NCBI RefSeq assembly: GCF_002217655.1
Contig: NZ_NEWK01000002.1
Span: 39,164 to 63,163, forward strand
DNA: 24,000 bases
From: Geobacillus thermocatenulatus
Lineage (GTDB): Bacteria; Bacillota; Bacilli; Bacillales; Anoxybacillaceae
Direction: 5' to 3'
In this document: positions 10,034 to 17,406 of the stretch, piece by piece
Layout of the letters: each line of letters begins with the position of its first letter
How positions within the stretch are numbered: the stretch's first letter is position 1
Translations under genes and position numbers: made by a program
The notes under the pieces: model-generated
Database searches by the model: none
Told to the model about the DNA's origin: nothing
The model's input: the letters and a program-made list of their open reading frames with translations, nothing else

Positions 10034-11491
10034 TTAAGTGTGCTTTTCCAAAATATATCCCCAACGGTTTGAGGCAAGAACAGACAGGTGGTACTCATGC
10101 ACGAGCTGCTTGCTGAACCAGGCTTTTTTCACGAGAAGCAAGCTTCGGCTTGTATGCAAGAATGTTTTCAACCCTCCGCGCCGAGGTTTGAGGTCATTCG
10201 CAAGTTCTGCTGTCAAGACCGCATTTTGCGGCCAGCGGCCTTTCTCGTGCAACGGATGGTACATAAACAGTTCGTATCCATGAACAGGCCTTTGGGCGGT
10301 CTGCTGAAGCAATGCCAGTTCGAAATTTGGCTTCGGATGATGGAGATCATGTTGAATATTCGTTTCATAAAACGATGCGACGAACAACAGACCGGCAAGC
10401 AGCAGCCCGCGCGCCCCCCTCGTTCCTTTTCTCCATAATTGACTTGCACAAATGCCAATCAATAGGCAAAGCGGCGGATAGACAGGGAGGATGTACCATC
10501 TGATTTTCGTCTTCGCTATGGTAAACATGAGAAGCGGGACGCAAATCCAAAGCAAAATCCCGATCACATCTTCTTTCCGTCGATGGTCTGCTCCTTCAAA
10601 CGCTAAAAGACGAACGCCTTGCATGTAACTGATGACCATGATTCCGACCAAGAGCGCCAGCCACCAAAAGAAGAAATGAACAAGAATGACGCCGTAATAG
10701 GCTTCATCACCGATATGACCCTCAATGGGCCGAGTGGAGCGCAGCAGCAAGTCATATTCGATCATTTGTTTAAAAAAGTGGAATCCATCATAGTGATAGC
10801 GGGCAAAAGCCCAAGCGAGCACAGGAACCGCGAAACTGACGACTGCCCTCCACCATATACGCCAGCGGCCTGACTCCCACTGCCTAGTGATGAGAAAATA
10901 TAAGACCATGATCAACAGAATGTTCCCCGCATGCCAACTTTTCGTTAAAAACGCGAGTGAACAGGCAAGGCCCGCTGCATACAACCATCGCGTCTGCCGT
11001 CTAGCAGCCAGCAAAGAAAGGATGGATAACGTAAAGAAGAAGACAAAGAGCGAATCCGCATCTCCTGTGCGAGCGCAATGGTTGAGAAGATATTGGGTGC
11101 TAGTAGACAAGGCAAGCAATGAGACGATTGCGGCCATGCTTCCAAATCGTTTTTTCACAAACAGCGCAATGGCAACGGCCGTGAGGATAGCGCAAATGCC
11201 AGACATCAGCCGCAAACCAAGCGCGTTCAGCCCGATCAGCTTGTAGCCAATCATGATCGCCCAGTAGCTGACAGGAGGCTTTAAATTCCAGTAATCAGGA
11301 TGCCCAAGGTATGTGTTGACGATCAAATTTCCATGCCTCAGCATTTCGTATGCATTGACGCCATGACGCGCTTCGTCCCAGCTTGAAATCGGGAATGTCC
11401 CTAGATGATAAAAGACGTTGTAGACCATCATCGAGAAGATCAACGCCGCCGTTAGATAAAACGAGATGTTTCGTACACTTGGATTTCTCAT
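10034..11491 (-). CDS. GT39 / ArnT-like polytopic membrane glycosyltransferase (PMT_2 type)
   Basis: N-terminal FPISSWDEARHGVNAYEM loop and more than 10 hydrophobic helices, typical of ArnT/PMT-family lipid-linked sugar transferases. The ATG at 11491 follows AAGGAG with an 8 nt spacer. Confidence 0.75.
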   Translation of the reverse strand: MRNPSVRNISFYLTAALIFSMMVYNVFYHLGTFPISSWDEARHGVNAYEMLRHGNLIVNTYLGHPDYWNLKPPVSYWAIMIGYKLIGLNALGLRLMSGICAILTAVAIALFVKKRFGSMAAIVSLLALSTSTQYLLNHCARTGDADSLFVFFFTLSILSLLAARRQTRWLYAAGLACSLAFLTKSWHAGNILLIMVLYFLITRQWESGRWRIWWRAVVSFAVPVLAWAFARYHYDGFHFFKQMIEYDLLLRSTRPIEGHIGDEAYYGVILVHFFFWWLALLVGIMVISYMQGVRLLAFEGADHRRKEDVIGILLWICVPLLMFTIAKTKIRWYILPVYPPLCLLIGICASQLWRKGTRGARGLLLAGLLFVASFYETNIQHDLHHPKPNFELALLQQTAQRPVHGYELFMYHPLHEKGRWPQNAVLTAELANDLKPRRGGLKTFLHTSRSLLLVKKAWFSKQLVHEYHLSVLASNRWGYILEKHT

Positions 11492-11674
11492 GCGATCCAC
11501 TCCTTTATCGGCACGCTGTGCTTCAAAAAAGCAACACCGACATAGAAGCTATTACAAGATGAAGATGTCAAGCATGGATGAGTTGAAGAACATGATAGTT
11601 TTGCCGCCAACAAGGAAAAAACAATCTTCATGGCGAATGAAAAGAAATGAATCATCATTCAGAGGAGGAGAACC

Positions 11675-12439
11675 ATGGAAACGGTTGTGCTGACATTTGA
11701 CCAAAACAAAGCGATATTGGAACTGAACCGTCCGCAGGCGTTAAATGCCATGGATGTGCAAATGCTTGAGGAGCTCGTCGACGCGCTGCGGAAAATCAAG
11801 GAAAGTGACGCTTCCGTTGTCGTCATCCGCGGCAGAGGAAGAGGATTTTCGGCTGGGGGCGATATTAAGACGATGCTCGCTGTCGATGATCCAAGCCAGT
11901 TTCAGACGGTGATGAATACGATTCGGGAGATGATCATGCTCTTGTATACGATGCCGAAAATCACCGTTTCGCTCATCCATGGCCCTGCGGCAGGCCTTGG
12001 ATTCAGCTTCGCCTTGGCAAGCGATTATCTTATCGCCACGAAAGAAGCGCGCTTGGCGATGAATTTCATCGGCATCGGCCTCATCCCAGACGGCGGCGGG
12101 CATTTCTTCCTGGCGCAGCGGGTCGGCACGGCGAAAGCGAAACACATCATCTGGGAAGGAAAACCGATGAGCGCCGACGAAGCGCAGCAGCTTGGGCTCG
12201 TTGATTTCGTTGTCGAGAACGAGGAGCAGGCCGAACCATTCATTGCTTCCTTGCAGGAAAAACCGCTCCAAGCCATGATCGCCACGAAAATGCTGTATGT
12301 CGAACAAACAAAAGAGGAGCTGCTTCGCGTGCTCGAACTTGAAACCGACGCCCAACAACGCATGCGGCAAACCGAAGACCACCGCGAAGGCGTCCGCGCC
12401 TTTTTAGAAAAACGGAAGCCGGTGTTTCGGGGGAGGTAG
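11675..12439 (+). CDS. echD: Enoyl-CoA hydratase/isomerase (crotonase fold)
   Basis: Crotonase motifs (GRGFSAGGDIK, GPAAGLGFSFALASD, EGVRAFLEKRKP). The ATG follows AGAGGAGGAG. The symbol follows the usage for the conserved gene flanking the Geobacillus hemicellulose locus, as I recall it. Confidence 0.85.
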   Translation: METVVLTFDQNKAILELNRPQALNAMDVQMLEELVDALRKIKESDASVVVIRGRGRGFSAGGDIKTMLAVDDPSQFQTVMNTIREMIMLLYTMPKITVSLIHGPAAGLGFSFALASDYLIATKEARLAMNFIGIGLIPDGGGHFFLAQRVGTAKAKHIIWEGKPMSADEAQQLGLVDFVVENEEQAEPFIASLQEKPLQAMIATKMLYVEQTKEELLRVLELETDAQQRMRQTEDHREGVRAFLEKRKPVFRGR

Positions 12440-12459
12440 AAGCGATAAAAGCGTTGTCC

Positions 12460-12487
12460 AAACCGGCTGAATAGAGCCGGTTTTTCC
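12460..12487 (+). terminator. Intrinsic terminator after enoyl-CoA hydratase
   Basis: AACCGGCT (12461-12468) pairs perfectly with AGCCGGTT (12475-12482), loop GAATAG, followed by a T-run. Confidence 0.8.
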
Positions 12488-12518
12488 ATATGTTCAAAGA
12501 AAAAAAGGGGGGCTGACA

Positions 12519-12958
12519 ATGCATCTTGTGTCGGTGAAAAACATGCTGCAACGGGTATGGGATGGGCACTTTAACATCTTTCCGAAAGAAGTCTCCCACT
12601 TCGAAACGAAGTGAAAGGGGGAGATGAATGTCGGTTGGCGTTAGCCAACGAGTATGATAGAATATGGCTAGAACGGACACCTTCGGAACGAAGGGAAGCG
12701 TAAAGGGTTCTTGTGTGTGGCTTACCGTTCGGCGAACACACACAAGTCGCTTGAAGCCCCCACCTCTAAGCGAAGCGTAGGTGGTGGGTAGTTCACTATC
12801 AACAACAACTTGGAACTCACTCAGTTCATTTTGCTGGGGGCCTAGGGAGGAAGAAGCGCCAGTCATTTTGGCGGTGAGCCTAGAAGGCCAGTGAAAAAAG
12901 TACACCCTGAGGCAGGGATTTAGGGGCTTATGTCGAAAAAGGAAGAAAAACCGTTGGA
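12519..12958 (+). ncRNA. Hairpin-dense non-coding segment; possibly a group II intron 5' fragment (domains I-III) or a long IS leader
   Basis: All three plus frames are repeatedly closed. At least seven local hairpins are present (12592-12624, 12634-12649, 12680-12694, 12710-12746, 12758-12788, 12839-12889, 12905-12917). No RT gene, no domain V and no GTGYG adjacent to the terminator. Confidence 0.3.
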
Positions 12959-13402
12959 ATGGAGCGTGAGCGGATTATGAAAGCCCCCAAAAACCCTTCG
13001 ACTCAGCCTCGGCTGTTTCAAGTCATCGACATGGAGGACCTGGTTCCCCCGCATCATATCCTGCGCCAAATCAACGAAGCGGTTGACGTTTCCGTTATTC
13101 ACGATTGGGTGACCCCACTATACACGGAAAAAACGGGTTGTCCAGCGGCTGATCCGAGACGGCTGCTTCGCCTGATGCTGCTCTCGTATTGGTTCGACCA
13201 CTCCGAGCGGGAGTTGTATGAGATCCTCCCGATGCATGCCGGATACTTGTGGTTTTGCGGTCTCGACTTTGAATCCGTGCTCCATCCGGATCCTCATCAC
13301 CCCACACTGCCGGATCGAACGACGCTCGTCAAAACACGGAAACGCTGGCGCCAACATGGAATCTTTGACCGGCTGATGACCTATGTGGTGGATCCATGCA
13401 TC
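12959..13402 (+). pseudogene. IS1182/IS5-type transposase fragment, N-terminal DUF772-like domain only
   Basis: The pattern LFQVIDMEDLVPPHHILRQINEAVD...GCPAADPRRLLRLMLLSYWFDHSERELYE...AGYLWFCGL...PDRTTLVKTRKRW matches the N-terminal domain of IS5/IS1182-group transposases. No DDE domain follows. The likely true start is the ATG at 12977. Confidence 0.7.
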
Positions 13403-13558
13403 CGTGACCATGGATTTCAAGGCTCGTATCGCACCGTTTGCGCGTACGTGCAAAAACGAAGACCGCAGCTCAAACTCGAGAAAGAACAGCGCTATGAACG
13501 ACTTGAGCACCCGCCAGGCGAGGCGCAGGTGGATTTCGGGAAGATGACGGTGGTGACA
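13403..13558 (+). pseudogene. IS21-family IstA transposase internal fragment
   Basis: HGFQGSYRTVCAYVQKRRPQLKLEKEQRYERLEHPPGEAQVDFGKMTVV matches the IstA segment (GY.GSY..V..YV...   ..E..PGE.AQVDFG). It is fused in frame to the preceding fragment. Confidence 0.65.
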
Positions 13559-13764
13559 AAGGAGGATGTAAGAGATTTTGTCGAAAAATATTTTTTGGAC
13601 ACCCCTGAGAGGCCGAAAAGCCTTGATAGATCAACATTTCTAGAGGGAGGGATGCAACCATGGCTCAATATCATATTACCCTAAATGCTGAACTTTTGCA
13701 CGGGTTATTCACTAGAGATGAGGGATTAGCGAAGCTGCTGGAACAAGTCCTGAATCAAATCCTT
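13559..13764 (+). mobile_element. IS256-family left-end fragment with the first ~35 transposase codons
   Basis: The ATG at 13660 follows AGAGGGAGGG. MAQYHITLNAELLHGLFTRDEGLAKLLEQVLNQIL is a typical IS256/mutator-family N-terminus, and homology stops at about 13764. The left boundary is approximate. Confidence 0.6.
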
Positions 13765-13766
13765 GA

Positions 13767-13943
13767 CTACTTTGGCATCATCAGCACGAATGGACGATCA
13801 AAGCGTCGAAGAAGAAAAAGCACGTGCTTTGTGAAAAGCCGGCTGCCTTATGTGAAGAGGATGTCCGGTGCATGATCCAACAAGCGCGGGCGCTCGATGC
13901 TTGCCGCACATCGATGAAAACGGGGGCGGTTGTACGGTTATGA
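13767..13943 (+). pseudogene. Gfo/Idh/MocA-family oxidoreductase internal fragment
   Basis: A third frame reads HHQHEWTIKASKKKKHVLCEKPAALCEEDVRCMIQQARAL, containing the family hallmark KHVLCEKP with the following helix. Only about 58 codons are present, with no N-terminal Rossmann start and no C-terminal domain. Confidence 0.55.
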
Positions 13944-13959
13944 AGGAAGGAGAATCGAG

Positions 13960-15006
13960 ATGAACATTACATACGAAAAGTGGTCCGAATTAAATGGAAA
14001 CGACGTGTTCTTATTCACCTTGACAAACGACCGCGGTATGGAACTATCCGCGACAAATTACGGCTGCATCGTGACGGACCTCCGCGTTCCCGACCGGAAC
14101 GGCAACATCGAAAACGTCGTGCTCGGGTTTGGCCGGTTTGAACCGTATTTGACCAACGCCCCTTACTTTGGCGCGGTGATCGGCCGGGTGGCGGGGCGCA
14201 TTCGCGGGGCGAGCTTTGAGCTTGAGGGCGTCACGTACCGGTTGGCGAAAAACGAACACAACAACCACTTGCACGGCGGACCGAACGGATTCCATCGTGT
14301 GCTTTGGCAGGCCGAGCCCGTTCAACGCGACGATGTGGTCGGCGTCGTCTTTTCGTACACAAGCCCGGACGGGGAGGAAGGGTACCCGGGAACGGTTCAT
14401 GTTCAAGTGGAATATTGGCTGAACAATGACAACGAATGGATCGTCACACACCGAGCTCGTTCGGACAAAACGACGCTCGTCAATTTGACGAACCATACGT
14501 ATTTTAACCTAAGCGGCAACGGCAAGCGTGATATATTGGATCACACGTTGACGATCCAAAGCTCGCGTGTGCTGGAATTGAATGAGGAGCTGATTCCGAC
14601 GGGCCGCATCTTGGATGTCGCCGGCACGCCGTTTGACTTGCGGCAAGGAAAGGCGATACGGGAGGCGGTCGAATCCGGGCATCCGCAAATTGAACTCGTC
14701 GGCGGGGGTTATGACCATCCGTTTTGGCTCGATCGGCATTATGACAAGGAAATTGTGCTTTCCGACCCGGAGAGCGGGCGGGTGCTGACGGTGGAGACGG
14801 ACGAAGTCGGCGTGGTGGTGTATACATCGAACCAGCTGCCGGAAGGGTTGGATCTAGGCGGCGTGCCGTCGCGGAAATATCTCGGTGTTTGCCTTGAAAC
14901 GCAAGGGTTGCCGGATGCGATCCATCATCCGCAGTTTCCGTCTTGGATATTGCCAGGAGGAAAAGAACGAGTATCGGTGACAAAGCATCGGTTTGATATT
15001 GGATGA
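13960..15006 (+). CDS. galM: Aldose 1-epimerase (mutarotase)
   Basis: GalM family features ([17 protein letters not shown]) at 348 aa. The ATG at 13960 follows AAGGAGA. Confidence 0.88.
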   Translation: MNITYEKWSELNGNDVFLFTLTNDRGMELSATNYGCIVTDLRVPDRNGNIENVVLGFGRFEPYLTNAPYFGAVIGRVAGRIRGASFELEGVTYRLAKNEHNNHLHGGPNGFHRVLWQAEPVQRDDVVGVVFSYTSPDGEEGYPGTVHVQVEYWLNNDNEWIVTHRARSDKTTLVNLTNHTYFNLSGNGKRDILDHTLTIQSSRVLELNEELIPTGRILDVAGTPFDLRQGKAIREAVESGHPQIELVGGGYDHPFWLDRHYDKEIVLSDPESGRVLTVETDEVGVVVYTSNQLPEGLDLGGVPSRKYLGVCLETQGLPDAIHHPQFPSWILPGGKERVSVTKHRFDIG

Positions 15007-15211
15007 TGTTTCCTTTGAAGAGCGGTACAAAAGCTATACGGAAGGCATCGGCCGCGAGATCGTCGAAGGGACGGCGGACTTCAAAAAGCTTGAGGAGTAC
15101 GCCTTGCAGCTTGGCGACATTCGCAATACGTCCGGCCGTCTTGAGCGCTTGAAAACGCTGTTGAATCAATACTTGTTGGAAGTCAGCGTGCCGAGCGCAT
15201 CCCGTTCGTGA
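14993..15211 (+). pseudogene. xylA: Xylose isomerase 3' remnant (last ~70 codons only)
   Basis: [57 protein letters not shown] matches the extreme C-terminus of Bacillus-type XylA. There is nothing corresponding to the roughly 370 N-terminal residues, and the fragment begins inside the end of galM. Confidence 0.8.
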
Positions 15212-15224
15212 AAGAGGGATGAGG

Positions 15225-16724
15225 ATGGAATACGTCATTGGCGTCGATTTAGGAACGAGTGCCGTCAAAGTGCTGCTTGTCGACCGACACGGCGTGGTGA
15301 AAGGGGAATGGACCGAGTCCTATCCCCTTTACCAGCCGCATTCCGGTTATAGCGAGCAGCGCCCGGACGATTGGGTGGAAAAAACGATCGTCGCGCTCCG
15401 CCGCGTGTGGGAGACGGCGGGCGTTTCCCCCGAGTCGATCGCGGGGATTAGTTTTTCCGGACAGATGCACGGGCTTGTGCTGCTTGATGGCGATGGGAAT
15501 GTCGTGCGCAACGCGATTTTGTGGAATGATACGCGAACGACGGAAGAGTGTCGGGAAATTGAAGAGAAGGTCGGCCGCGACCAGCTGCTTTCCATTGCCA
15601 AAAATGAGGCGCTCGAAGGGTTTACGTTGCCGAAACTGCTGTGGGTGAAAAATCATGAACCCAAACTGTACGAGCGGGCGCGGGTGTTTTTGTTGCCGAA
15701 AGATTACGTCCGCTTCCGCTTGACCGGGCACATGGCGATGGATGTATCGGATGCGGCGGGGACGCTGCTGTTGGATATCCAAACGAAAACGTGGAGCGAG
15801 GCGATCGCCCGGGCGGTCGGCGTCGATCTTTCGCTTTGTCCGCCGCTTGTCGAAGCGACGGCGTTCGTCGGGACGCTGCGCCCGGAGGTGGCCGAGCAGA
15901 CCGGGCTGCCGTCATCGGTGAAAGTGTTCGCCGGCGGGGCGGACAATGCGTGCGGCGCGGTTGGCGCGGGCATTTTGGCAGAAGGCCGCATGATGTCAAG
16001 CATCGGCACATCGGGTGTTGTGCTTGCCTATGAACAAAGCGGGGAAAAAGACTTCGCTGGACGTGTGCACTACTTCAACCACGCTGAACCGAACGCCTAC
16101 TATATGATGGGTGTGACGCTGGCGGCGGGCTACAGCTTTGATTGGTGGAAGCGGACGTTTGCGGAAGACGTGCCGTTTGCCGAGATCGTCAAGCGCGCTG
16201 CCGAGTCGCCGATCGGTGCGAACGGCTTGTTGTTTACGCCGTATTTGGTCGGCGAGCGGACGCCGCATGCGGACGCCGATATTCGCGGGTCGTTTATCGG
16301 CATCGACTCGCGGCAGACGAAATGGGATTTCGCCCGCGCGGTCATGGAAGGGATTACGTTCTCGCTCAACGAGTCGGTGGAGATCATCAAAGCGAGCGGC
16401 AAAACGATCGACTCGGTCGTCTCGATCGGCGGCGGAGCAAAAAGCGTCGAGTGGCTGCAAATCCAAGCTGATATTTTCGGCCTGCCGGTTGAGAAGCTGA
16501 AAAACGAACAGGGGCCGGGGCTCGGCGCCGCGATGATCGCGGCCTGCGGCGTCGGCTGGTTCGATTCGCTCAAGCAATGCGCGGATGCGTTCAAACAAGT
16601 CGAATCCGTCGTCGAACCGCGGCCGGATGCGGTCGCCAAGTACAAAGAGCTGTTTTCCATTTATCGAGAGATTTATCTGCATACAAAAGAGCTGACGAAA
16701 CGGTTAAAGGCGTTTCGGCCGTGA
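15225..16724 (+). CDS. xylB: Xylulokinase
   Basis: FGGY kinase family with N-terminus MEYVIGVDLGTSAVK and motifs GQMHGLV and GGGAKS. Sits directly after the xylA remnant. Alternative ATG at 15219. Confidence 0.9.
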   Translation: MEYVIGVDLGTSAVKVLLVDRHGVVKGEWTESYPLYQPHSGYSEQRPDDWVEKTIVALRRVWETAGVSPESIAGISFSGQMHGLVLLDGDGNVVRNAILWNDTRTTEECREIEEKVGRDQLLSIAKNEALEGFTLPKLLWVKNHEPKLYERARVFLLPKDYVRFRLTGHMAMDVSDAAGTLLLDIQTKTWSEAIARAVGVDLSLCPPLVEATAFVGTLRPEVAEQTGLPSSVKVFAGGADNACGAVGAGILAEGRMMSSIGTSGVVLAYEQSGEKDFAGRVHYFNHAEPNAYYMMGVTLAAGYSFDWWKRTFAEDVPFAEIVKRAAESPIGANGLLFTPYLVGERTPHADADIRGSFIGIDSRQTKWDFARAVMEGITFSLNESVEIIKASGKTIDSVVSIGGGAKSVEWLQIQADIFGLPVEKLKNEQGPGLGAAMIAACGVGWFDSLKQCADAFKQVESVVEPRPDAVAKYKELFSIYREIYLHTKELTKRLKAFRP

Positions 16725-16729
16725 CGACA

Positions 16730-16770
16730 AACTCCCTAAACCAGTGGATGGTTTGGGGAGTTTTTTGTTT
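16730..16770 (+). terminator. Intrinsic terminator after xylB
   Basis: AACTCCCTAAACC (16730-16742) pairs with GGTTTGGGGAGTT (16750-16762) as 13 bp with one G-U pair, followed by TTTTGTTT. Confidence 0.85.
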
Positions 16771-16839
16771 GATCAGGCCACGGGGCAGGATAACACGCCA
16801 TGCTTGTTGAAAGAAGAACTGAACAGGGGGAAGCGAAAC

Positions 16840-17142
16840 ATGGACATTCGAAAAGAATTTGAACATCTTCAATATTTCTTTGACTCGTATTACAATCAGA
16901 CGTTTTATAATGCTGAATTGGAAGAACAGCTGTTGCAATTTCTAGCGGATGAGCCGAAATGAGTGGTTCGTGCCTTGAAGTTGGAAGTAGAGAAACTCGA
17001 ACGCATCCATCATCGCAGCGATACGGAGACATGGGCAAAAATCGAAGAACTTGTCCATGAAAACAGCATGCGCTATTTTTCGTTTGAGGATGGCAAAATG
17101 TTTATCGAAGTGGCCAGCCGTTTGTTAAAAGATGTTGAATAA
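16840..17142 (+). pseudogene. Small CdiI-like immunity-family gene interrupted by an in-frame TGA at 16960
   Basis: The ATG at 16840 follows GGGGGAAG. MDIRKEFEHLQYFFDSYYNQTFYNAELEEQLLQFLADEPK, then a stop, then VVRALKLEVEKLERIHHRSDTETWAKIEELVHENSMRYFSFEDGKMFIEVASRLLKDVE, all in one frame. The L..FF..Y..Q pattern and ~100 aa helical layout resemble small contact-dependent-inhibition immunity proteins. Confidence 0.45.
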
Positions 17143-17406
17143 AGCGACCAATGCACAAACAAGCAGCCCGTTTGTTGGACGCCGGGGGAACAGCGATTGG
17201 ACATGGTTCGTGTCGTCTATTGATCGAACGGGAGATAGATAACATCTGTATAGTATTTGAGGTGTGAAACGGACTATGCTGGCCGGGTAGCTGCTGGCAT
17301 CGTCAGACGCAAAGATTCGTGTGCCAAGGGGCAGGAAATCCCTGCACGAAGCGCGAAAAAATAGGAGAGGGGCAAAACGGTTTTAGCCGAAAGAAGGGAG
17401 ATACGC

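Noticed and set aside
12519-12614. 31-codon ORF (MHLVSVKNMLQRVWDGHFNIFPKEVSHFETK) behind a G-rich SD-like run at the start of the structured block
   Set aside because: There is no family resemblance. It overlaps predicted RNA helices, and the G-run may simply be part of the structure. It is kept only as a note because ribosome profiling could revive it.
12240-12905. 221 aa minus-strand ORF spanning the echD 3' end, its terminator and the structured block
   Set aside because: It crosses an intrinsic terminator and a well-supported gene, and the sequence has no recognisable domain. It is more likely a chance open frame.
13388-13420. Cluster of GGATCC, ATGCAT and CCATGG palindromes at the IS1182-like/IS21-like junction, which looked like a cloning scar
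   Set aside because: Six-base palindromes at this density can occur by chance. The context is chromosomal with no vector-like sequence. GGATCC also recurs at 19761 and 19780.
16960-17010. Selenocysteine recoding of the in-frame TGA in the immunity-like gene
   Set aside because: I could not find a convincing SECIS-type hairpin immediately downstream; only a 5 bp GTTCG/CGAAC pairing with a loop of about 30 nt is present. The protein family has no redox role. A pseudogene, split gene or sequencing error is more parsimonious.
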